DNA of 29,425 nt, from contig JBDRZD010000018.1 of NCBI GenBank assembly GCA_039803745.1, positions 1 to 29,425 of the forward strand, read 5' to 3'. Made by a program: the position numbers and the translations under genes. The notes beneath the pieces were generated by a model. That model searched no databases. It saw only the letters and a list, made by a program, of their open reading frames with translations, and had not been told where the DNA came from. Below are positions 1-7,475 of this stretch, piece by piece (positions within the stretch are counted from its first letter, which is position 1; every line of letters starts with the position of its first letter). Source of the DNA: a candidate division WOR-3 bacterium (GTDB taxonomy: Bacteria; Hydrothermota; Hydrothermia; Hydrothermales; Hydrothermaceae).

Positions 1-66
1 AAAAAAGGGGAATTGTTTTTTTTAAAGAAAGATAAGAAAACTATGAAGATTTTAATTTTAAAATAG
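1..66 (+). CDS. 3' end of an upstream gene (partial), ending in a T9SS/Por-like C-terminal motif
   Basis: Frame 1 is open from the window edge to TAG at 64-66 and reads KKGELFFLKKDKKTMKILILK*. This resembles the tails of 73..1545 (KRGIYFLK...KVIVIK) and 7476..9332 (KKGIYFMK...KKIIFLE). Confidence 0.55.
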   Translation, partial: KKGELFFLKKDKKTMKILILK

Positions 67-72
67 GGGAAA

Positions 73-1545
73 ATGAAAATTTTGATTCTTATATTTTTTA
101 TTCAAAATCAAAATATTGGTGAGGTATGGAACTGGATAAGTAATGATGGAAGGCTTGGTGGGCATCTTTCAATGAACCTTCAAGGATTATCCTGGCCCGG
201 TAATGACACAATAAATAACTATTATCTTTACCGTGCTTCTTTTATAGTTGGAGCAAAAGATAATGGGATTATCTCTGTAAGAAATTCTTATCTTACAGAA
301 AATGAATGGGGTTATGGTTTAGTGTATTATGAAGGACCAGGAGTATCGGATTGGGATATAATCATTACATGGCATGATTCCCTTACAAACACACGTGTTC
401 CTCCCGGAAAACATACAGGAATAGCAGTGATATGCAAATCTTATACATGGTCTTATGAGCCATGGAATGATTTTATATTTTATGAATTTCACTTAGTATG
501 GAATAAGGATCAATGTGATATTCCCTATGTAGGTGAATTTCTTGACAGTGTTTTTGTTGGTATATATTATAATTTTGATATCTCAGGAGCCGCTCCTCCA
601 AATGCTATAAAAAACACTATAATTTCCTTTGATGGATATGTTGCCCATGAATGGCCTAATTATCCTTATGACTCAATACTTCTTTTACCTGATTCCTTTT
701 TAAATATAAAGGATGGTGTTCCTGACCAGTATATTGTTTACGGGGACGATCCTCTTGAAAATACACTTTATGGAAATATAATATTTTTACCAAGGAATTT
801 GTCCTATGCCTTTGATCCTGATGGAAATTCCGGGTTTAGTGAGGGATATGCAGGGTATGCACTTATATATGCACCACCATCCCCTGCTGATACTTTTTGG
901 ATAGATTCTCATGGAAAAGAATCAAGAATAGTGAGAGTCTGGGCACATCAGATCTGGTCAGGGGAAAATGCACCAGGAGTTGCTGAAGGGTGGTATGCCT
1001 ATATGAAAGGAAGGCATCCTGCAACTCAAAATTATAGATTTGCTCCTTTCCCTATTGGATTGGGAGAAGAAATTTATGAAGGTTTAATCACTTCTGGTCC
1101 ATTTAAAATTTCTGATAAGGAAACTTTAAGATTTGTATGGGTTGCAGGTGTTGGACAAAAAATGAATGGGGGATATGACGAAGTTTTTGGAAGGGGATGG
1201 ATTAGGGGATTGAGGCAAACAATTGATTATGCATTAACTGCTTATTATGCAGGCTCACAAAATTCTGACCCTCATCATCCTTCTGCTCCTAACGAAGATA
1301 TTCATTACAAACTTCCTCCACCTGGAAATATTGGAGAAAAGAAAATAATAATTCCTACAATTATAAATTCATCCTTTGAAATTTTTTTAAAAAGATGGAA
1401 AAATATTGAAATTATTGATTTTACAGGGAAAAGATTGAAAAAATACAGAGCAATAGGATGGGTTCGTCCTTTTAAAGATATTAAAAGAGGAATTTATTTT
1501 TTAAAAATTGGTAATGATAAATATAAGGTTATTGTGATAAAATAA
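73..1545 (+). CDS. Secreted hypothetical protein with a T9SS/Por-like C-terminal sorting domain
   Basis: 490-aa ORF with GGGG SD at 66-69 close to the ATG. Short hydrophobic N-terminus MKILILIFF, a Gly/Trp/Tyr/Asp-rich body, and C-terminal IIDFTGKRL...KRGIYFLKI...KVIVIK. Confidence 0.75.
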   Translation: MKILILIFFIQNQNIGEVWNWISNDGRLGGHLSMNLQGLSWPGNDTINNYYLYRASFIVGAKDNGIISVRNSYLTENEWGYGLVYYEGPGVSDWDIIITWHDSLTNTRVPPGKHTGIAVICKSYTWSYEPWNDFIFYEFHLVWNKDQCDIPYVGEFLDSVFVGIYYNFDISGAAPPNAIKNTIISFDGYVAHEWPNYPYDSILLLPDSFLNIKDGVPDQYIVYGDDPLENTLYGNIIFLPRNLSYAFDPDGNSGFSEGYAGYALIYAPPSPADTFWIDSHGKESRIVRVWAHQIWSGENAPGVAEGWYAYMKGRHPATQNYRFAPFPIGLGEEIYEGLITSGPFKISDKETLRFVWVAGVGQKMNGGYDEVFGRGWIRGLRQTIDYALTAYYAGSQNSDPHHPSAPNEDIHYKLPPPGNIGEKKIIIPTIINSSFEIFLKRWKNIEIIDFTGKRLKKYRAIGWVRPFKDIKRGIYFLKIGNDKYKVIVIK

Positions 1546-1553
1546 ATTTTAAT

Positions 1554-2947
1554 TCAATTTAAAAATTCCCTTGCCTCTTTATAAACATTTATTCTTTCAT
1601 TTATTCTTCTATTTAAAATTTTAGCAAAATCCTTTATTCTTTCATATTTTTCAAAGGATATATTATCTGGCTTATCAGGGTATATTGATTTATTTGTAAA
1701 TATTGGGTCTGTTAAATTTTTTCTTTTCACCCATTCATTATAATAAATGGTTCCAGGGACAGGTGAAAACTGGGCAGGATATATTTTTATACCATTTTCA
1801 TATAAAAAGGCATAACTTTCTATTATTTCTTCTATACTTTGATTATAAAGACCTATTATAACATAAGCACCTATTTCATCAAAACTCGCACTCTTTAAAT
1901 TTTTTATTGCATTCAAAAACATCCCTTTGGAAGATTTAAAACTCCATTCATTCTTAAGCCTTTCATCAAAAGCACTTTCAAATCCTATTCTTATTGTTTT
2001 AAAATTCGCCTTTTTTAATTTTATGGCAATCTCCTCATCTATCTCCCTTGCATGAATTCCATTTGGAGTATGAAAATTTATATTTATATTTTCCTTTATT
2101 ATTCTATCCAGAATTTCTTTAAACTCTTCTTTTTTAAATAAAAGGGCATCATCATAAAAGGCAACATCTTTTATTTTCATTTTTTGATAATTTTTTATCT
2201 CCTCTAAAACCTTTTCAGGTTTTCTTCTTATGAATTTTTTATATAATAAAGAAGAGGCACAATATATACAATTGAAAGGACAACCAATAGAAGTTAAGAT
2301 TGCACAGGAGTTTATATTTTCATATAAATTGTATTCTGGAAATCCTTCTAAAAATATTTCTTCAAAACTTTTCTTTTCAACTTTAATCCCGGTTATATCA
2401 TTAATTATTTCAAAAAGTTTTTCAAACTCCCAATTTCTTATAACAAAATCTGCAAGGGAGTTTGAAAGGGCATGTTCATAACACAAACTTGCATATATTC
2501 CACCTAAAATGATTGGAACACTTTTAAATTCTTCTTTTAAAATTTTTATTGTCTCAAATAAACCGGGATACCAATAGGTCATAAAAGAGGTGATTAATAT
2601 AAGATCGGGTTTTTCAATCTCTTTAAGAAACTTTTTAAATAAAAAAACTGGCATACCATATCTTTTATAATTTCTTGGAATATCTTTAAAAAATTCCGGC
2701 TTCTCAATTATTTCAAAATAAAATTTTCCTGTTCCAAATTTTCTATCCTTTATAATATTTCTCTCTTTTAAAGGAAGATTTTTTAATAAAAATGGATTTT
2801 TTCTATCAAGAAGGTCAATAAAATAAATTTTAAAATAATTTTTTAAAATGCTTGCAATGTATAAAAGTCCAAGAGGTTTTATCCAGAAATCGTAGGCAGA
2901 AAAGTCGTGTATATAGGGATTTATTAAAAGGATTTTTTTTTATACAT
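1554..2947 (-). CDS. Cobalamin-binding (class B-type) radical SAM protein, frameshifted at an A9 run after codon 2
   Basis: CxxxCxxC motif GCPFNCIYC, a B12-domain GGIYAS motif, and FYDDA/HTPNG/GFES core motifs. The frame of ORF 1554..2654 stays open upstream to 2939 and encodes ILLINPYIHDFSAYDFWIKPLGLLYIASIL. The ATG at 2947 is one base out of frame. Confidence 0.85.
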
Positions 2948-2949
2948 GT

Positions 2950-3894
2950 TTATTTCCAGGAATTTGTTTCTTTTAAATAGATAATTCCACCAGCAATAGA
3001 ACCAAGATAGTATGTAAAAAATCTCCATAAAATAACAAATATTCCAAGAATATATTTTGGGGCAATTGTTGCAAATAACAGTGCTCCTCCTGCCTCTGTT
3101 ATACCTGCTCCACCCGGGGTGGGCATCATTATAAATATTATCAAAGAAAGGGCGTGCAAAAACATTGCCTGTATAAAATTTACTTTTACACCCAGTCCAT
3201 AAAATATTGAGGGGACCATCAAAAGGTGAAATAAAAAGGAAAGAATAGAGGATATAAATACAAAAAGGAGAAGCCTCCCCATCTTTATAAAGGATTTCCA
3301 TGTTTCTTTATAAAGTAAAAAATTATGAGTTATCTTTTCAAATATTTTAAACTTTTCTTCAAGTTTTTTGAAAATTATAAAATCATGGGGCAATGTAAAT
3401 GTTAATATAAAAAATATCAAAATTAAAAAAAGTATAATAAAAAGGGGAAGAATAAAAATATTTTTTCTAAAAACAAATATGCCAATTGGAACAATTAAAA
3501 ATGCAAGAAGAAAATTTGAAAGACCTTTAATCATAAATGAAACCATTGCATTTCCAACCTGCACATTTTTTTCAGTCAAAATATGTATCTGAAAAGGAAA
3601 ACCACCTGTTTGAAAAGGGGTTATTGCATTAAAGAAAAGACCAATTAAATGCAATTTTAATGTAAAATAAAAATTTTCTGCATAGTTTGTTAATTTTTTT
3701 AAGAGAATATGTAATTTCCAGACATCAAATAAAATACTTAATGCCCAAAAGATGATTATTAAAAAAAGAAAATGTAAATTTAAAGAAGAAAGAGCCCTAA
3801 ATGTATCCTTTCTAACAGTAAGTAAAAGAATTAAAAGACCCACAATAGAATATAAAAGAATTGTAATTTTTATAAGTTTTTTAATTCTCTCCAT
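2950..3894 (-). CDS. Lysylphosphatidylglycerol synthase TM domain / flippase-like membrane protein (UPF0104 type)
   Basis: Multi-TM protein with family motifs FFNAITPFQTGGFPFQ, PTPGGAGITE and LWRFFTYY. Confidence 0.85.
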   Translation of the reverse strand: MERIKKLIKITILLYSIVGLLILLLTVRKDTFRALSSLNLHFLFLIIIFWALSILFDVWKLHILLKKLTNYAENFYFTLKLHLIGLFFNAITPFQTGGFPFQIHILTEKNVQVGNAMVSFMIKGLSNFLLAFLIVPIGIFVFRKNIFILPLFIILFLILIFFILTFTLPHDFIIFKKLEEKFKIFEKITHNFLLYKETWKSFIKMGRLLLFVFISSILSFLFHLLMVPSIFYGLGVKVNFIQAMFLHALSLIIFIMMPTPGGAGITEAGGALLFATIAPKYILGIFVILWRFFTYYLGSIAGGIIYLKETNSWK

Positions 3895-5047
3895 TCTTTT
3901 CTTTTACCCTAAAATAAATTAAAATTGCAAAAATTGCAAAGGAAGAAGTTATAGACCATAAGAATAAAGGTTTATCTATAAAAATATCAATTAAAATACC
4001 ACCTATAAAAGGAGATATAGCCCATCCAAGTCCCTCAAAAAATCCAAGAATACCAAGGTATGTCCCTTTTGAATTTTCAGGAGCAATCTTTGTTGTTAAT
4101 GTAGTAATTAAGGGGAGTGTAATCATTTCACCAATTGTAAATATTATAACACCCAAAACAAAAGAAATAAAAGAATTTGCCCAGGAAAAGGAAAGATAGC
4201 CAAGGAAGTATAAAAAACTTCCAATTATAATTCCCTTTTTATTTGAAAATTTTGAGAATAAAGAACTTATTAAATATTGGAAAAATACAACCATAAGTCC
4301 GTTAACACTGAAAAGGTATCCAACATAAAGGTTTGACAAACCTTTATATCTTGCAAAAACAGGTAAGGAAGAAATAAGTTGACCCACAACTAAAAAAATT
4401 AAAAATGAGGCAATTAAAAAAATTAAAAAATTTTTGTCCTTTAAAATATTTTTAAAATTACTATTGTTTAATATTTTTTTCTTTTTATCCCTTTTCCCTT
4501 TTACAAAAATAAAATTTATTAAAAAACCTATAATAGCAAGAAAAGTTGATATTAGAAAAAGAAGGAAATAGGAAATGTTTGATAAAAATCCACCAAGTAA
4601 TGGTCCTATTCCCCAGCCAATATTAGCACCTATTCTTATTATTCCATAACTTCTCGGCCTTTCTTTTTCTTCTATATATTCTCCTACATATGTATCAGAA
4701 GCAGTTCCATAAAAGGAAAAACCTATTGAATTTAAAAGAAAGGCAAAGAAAAAAAGATAAACTGGTGATGGAAAAAGAACAAGTATTGAAAATAATAAAA
4801 ATGCTAAAATTCTTGAAATAAGTCCAAGATTCATAACAAGAATTGAAGAGAATTTATCTATTAATCTCCCTGAATATATCCTTAATATTGAACCAGTTAA
4901 GGCTGCAGCAGTAATACAAAGACCAACTATTTTCATTGGGATTCCCCTTTCATTATAAAGAAAGATATTTAAAAAGGGGACTGATATAACATAACCTGCA
5001 GCAGTTAGCATCCTAACAAAGGATAAAATAAAAATTTCTTTCTTCAT
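3881..5047 (-). CDS. MFS transporter
   Basis: 388 aa with about 12 TM segments. Motif-A-like SGRLIDKFS, ERPRSYG, GWGIGPLLGG, and SKGTYLG in the second half. Confidence 0.9.
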   Translation of the reverse strand: MKKEIFILSFVRMLTAAGYVISVPFLNIFLYNERGIPMKIVGLCITAAALTGSILRIYSGRLIDKFSSILVMNLGLISRILAFLLFSILVLFPSPVYLFFFAFLLNSIGFSFYGTASDTYVGEYIEEKERPRSYGIIRIGANIGWGIGPLLGGFLSNISYFLLFLISTFLAIIGFLINFIFVKGKRDKKKKILNNSNFKNILKDKNFLIFLIASFLIFLVVGQLISSLPVFARYKGLSNLYVGYLFSVNGLMVVFFQYLISSLFSKFSNKKGIIIGSFLYFLGYLSFSWANSFISFVLGVIIFTIGEMITLPLITTLTTKIAPENSKGTYLGILGFFEGLGWAISPFIGGILIDIFIDKPLFLWSITSSFAIFAILIYFRVKEKNGEN

Positions 5048-5088
5048 TTAAGTGTTTAAGAATAAAGAAAAAGATTATAAGATAACAA

Positions 5089-6306
5089 TTAAAATCTTAT
5101 TGCTTTATATGATAAAACCCTCCATATATATTCAAAAGGTCCAAACTTAAATTTCTTAATCCATAAATTGCTTATAATGAGTTGAAATAAAAAAATAAGT
5201 AAAGTTATAATCAAACCATAAAATACATCTAATTTTCCGAAAAGTTTTCCTCCGTATCCATAAAATAAGGTGGTGCATATTATGGATTGAAGTAGATAAT
5301 TGGAAAGGGAAAGTTTACCCATTGCTGAAAGAGGTTTTAAAAGTTTTTTAACACATTCATAGCGATATAAGATCAATATTAAAGAAATATAGAAAAGGCA
5401 AAGTAAAGGAGCACCTATACTGTATCCTAAAAAGGCAAGAAATAAGTTGAAAGTAGGGATATTTTTAGGGATAAATCTGATTATATAAGCATATAAAATA
5501 TTGGTAGGTATACCAATTAGAATTCCAAAAATCAAAATCTTTTTTAAAAAAGAAAGATTATTATCTATGTTCTGAAAAATATTTTTTCTTATAAAATAAA
5601 TACCTAATAAAAACATTGCTATAACATTTAAGGAAACAAAAAAATTTCCAAAGAAAGTAAAAGAAAAATAGTCATGAATTCTTTGTCTTGTTATCTCAAA
5701 AAAATTTCCTTTTGAATATACTATGTAACTTTTTTCAACCATTTTACTATAAATATTTGCAGATTCTTCTATTTTTTTCATACTTTCAGGTTCATAAATC
5801 TTTACCATTTTAATTCCAAATGCCCCCATTAGGAAGAAAAGAGGCAAAATTGAGAGTAAAATTATTGAGATAAAAATTAGCCATTTATTTGAAATTTTCC
5901 TGAAAATTAATAAAAAAAGACCGGCTATTGCATAAAGTGAGAGAATGTCTCCTGGCCATATTAAAATACCGTGAAAGATTCCTATTAAAAGAAGAATAAA
6001 AAGCCTTCTTATATAAAATGAGTTAAAAGAAATATTTTTTTCTTCAAATCTCTTCAATTGAATATAAAATCCGACACCAAATAAAAATGAAAAAAGAGAA
6101 TAGAATTTCCCTTCCGCAAGTAGTTTTATAAAAAATTCTAAAAATTTATTTATTGGCAAATTTTCTTTTGAAGGTAAAATAAAAAGTTGTATTGGATGAT
6201 TATACAATTTCATATTCACAAGCAAGATTCCAAAGAGTGCGAACCCCCTTAAAATATCTATTACTTCAATCCTTTCTTTTTGTTCAATAGGTTTTATTTT
6301 TTCCAT
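5089..6306 (-). CDS. DUF418 (YeiB-like) membrane protein
   Basis: Family motifs RIEVIDILRGFALFGILLVN, KFYSLFSFLFGVGF, GDILSLYA, MGKLSLSNYLLQS and FKFGPFEYIWR. Confidence 0.9.
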   Translation of the reverse strand: MEKIKPIEQKERIEVIDILRGFALFGILLVNMKLYNHPIQLFILPSKENLPINKFLEFFIKLLAEGKFYSLFSFLFGVGFYIQLKRFEEKNISFNSFYIRRLFILLLIGIFHGILIWPGDILSLYAIAGLFLLIFRKISNKWLIFISIILLSILPLFFLMGAFGIKMVKIYEPESMKKIEESANIYSKMVEKSYIVYSKGNFFEITRQRIHDYFSFTFFGNFFVSLNVIAMFLLGIYFIRKNIFQNIDNNLSFLKKILIFGILIGIPTNILYAYIIRFIPKNIPTFNLFLAFLGYSIGAPLLCLFYISLILILYRYECVKKLLKPLSAMGKLSLSNYLLQSIICTTLFYGYGGKLFGKLDVFYGLIITLLIFLFQLIISNLWIKKFKFGPFEYIWRVLSYKAIRF

Positions 6307-7007
6307 AAGTATACTCCGTAAATACCCATCAAAATTCCTAAAACTCCATAAAGTAATGCAGCAAGATACACACTTTTTATCAAAGTAATTGGAATTACTA
6401 TAAAAGAAATAATCGAAAGAAAATAAAAGAATGGGGCAATTAATCCGGAAATTAGAAAGGCAACAGATAGAGCATAAGAAAAGAAGAGAATTGAGAGATA
6501 ATCTATATTCTCAATCCCGAAGATTTTTTCACTTGCAAGGAAAAAAATTATGGCGCCTGCAAATATAATACCCCAGAATATCCCAATTGTAGAGATTATT
6601 GGATAACTATGTATGAAACCTTTTTCTTTCTTTTTATAAAACCTATATCTATAAATAAAATTTACTCCTATAACAAAAGAAGATATGTATAAAAAGAGAA
6701 AGAGCAAAGGAAATTTGATAGAAATAAAATGAACTAAGAATAGGTTAAACAAAAAGATGACCCCCCATACAATAAGGGAAATTAAAAAACCTGCAACATT
6801 TATATGAGAAATAAAAAAGGCGATCGGTAAAGTTATAAACCATAAAGAATATTTAGTGAAAAGAGAAAGAAAAGTATTTATTCCTGTCCAGAAACCAAAG
6901 GATATCATATAAATTGCAAATTCTTTTAATTCTTCCTTGCCTTTTATCGCAAATAATTTAAGTATATCCAGCACCTCAAATATTTCATTTATTTCTTTTT
7001 TTTCCAT
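6294..7007 (-). CDS. Hypothetical multi-pass membrane protein, partner of the wHTH regulator
   Basis: 237-aa hydrophobic ORF. GGAGG SD lies within the end of the upstream regulator gene, and it overlaps the DUF418 start. Confidence 0.75.
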   Translation of the reverse strand: MEKKEINEIFEVLDILKLFAIKGKEELKEFAIYMISFGFWTGINTFLSLFTKYSLWFITLPIAFFISHINVAGFLISLIVWGVIFLFNLFLVHFISIKFPLLFLFLYISSFVIGVNFIYRYRFYKKKEKGFIHSYPIISTIGIFWGIIFAGAIIFFLASEKIFGIENIDYLSILFFSYALSVAFLISGLIAPFFYFLSIISFIVIPITLIKSVYLAALLYGVLGILMGIYGVYLWKK

Positions 7008-7010
7008 TTT

Positions 7011-7307
7011 TCACCTCCCTATTTTTTTTAAAATATGTTTTAAATTATTAATGTATTCAATCAACCTTCTTTCTCCCTCCTCTGTTAAGGTATAAAAGGT
7101 TTTTGGTCTCTTTTTAATGAAAGTCTTTCTAACATTTACAAATCCATTTTCTTCAAGAACTTTTAAATGAGAAGAAAGATTGCCTTCTGTTGTTTGTGTT
7201 GCATCTTTCAAAAATTTAAAATCCACTTCTTTGTTTTTTAAAAGAAAGAGCAAAATTAAAAACCTTGTCTTTTCATGAATGATAGGGTCAAGTTTTTTAA
7301 TTTCCAT
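7011..7307 (-). CDS. Winged-helix transcriptional regulator (HTH_34, ArsR/MarR-like)
   Basis: LDPIIHEKTRFLIL...DFKFLKDATQTTEGNLSSHLKVLEENGFV...RPKTFYTLTEEG matches the family pattern. Confidence 0.9.
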   Translation of the reverse strand: MEIKKLDPIIHEKTRFLILLFLLKNKEVDFKFLKDATQTTEGNLSSHLKVLEENGFVNVRKTFIKKRPKTFYTLTEEGERRLIEYINNLKHILKKIGR

Positions 7308-7328
7308 AACTTTAAAATTAATTCAATT

Positions 7329-7345
7329 ACTTTGAATTACAAATT
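7329..7345. promoter_or_regulatory. Candidate autoregulatory operator, imperfect palindrome ACTTTG-N5-CAAATT
   Basis: 5 of 6 positions match as an inverted repeat. It overlaps the -10/+1 region of the wHTH gene promoter. Confidence 0.5.
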
Positions 7346-7372
7346 ATACTGTTTTGCATACTTATTTGTCAA
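7343..7372 (-). promoter_or_regulatory. Sigma70 promoter of the wHTH operon
   Basis: Exact TTGACA (7372-7367), N18, TATAAT (7348-7343), 35 nt upstream of the ATG at 7307. Confidence 0.8.
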
Positions 7373-7422
7373 ATAGATTATTTGTCTTTACCTTAATTTA
7401 AAATTTATAGTTCACATTTTAT

Positions 7423-7451
7423 TTGAAATTAATTTCTTGTTTTTTTATAAT
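7423..7451 (+). promoter_or_regulatory. Candidate sigma70 promoter of the glycosidase gene
   Basis: TTGAAA (7423-7428), N17, TATAAT (7446-7451), followed by SD AGGAGG before the ATG at 7476. Confidence 0.55.
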
Positions 7452-7475
7452 TAAATATTTGAAAAGGAGGGAAAA

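Noticed and set aside
43..93. Near-duplicate ATGAAGATTTTAATTTTAAAA / ATGAAAATTTTGATTCTTATA (MKILILK vs MKILILI)
   Set aside because: 16 of 21 bases match in low-complexity AT-rich sequence. It is adequately explained by a CTD final strand followed by a signal peptide.
2924..3301. 125-aa minus-strand ORF overlapping the flippase gene
   Set aside because: It is an alternative-frame shadow with no recognisable motif. Only its last codons (MYKKKSF) matter, as the out-of-frame start of the radical SAM gene.
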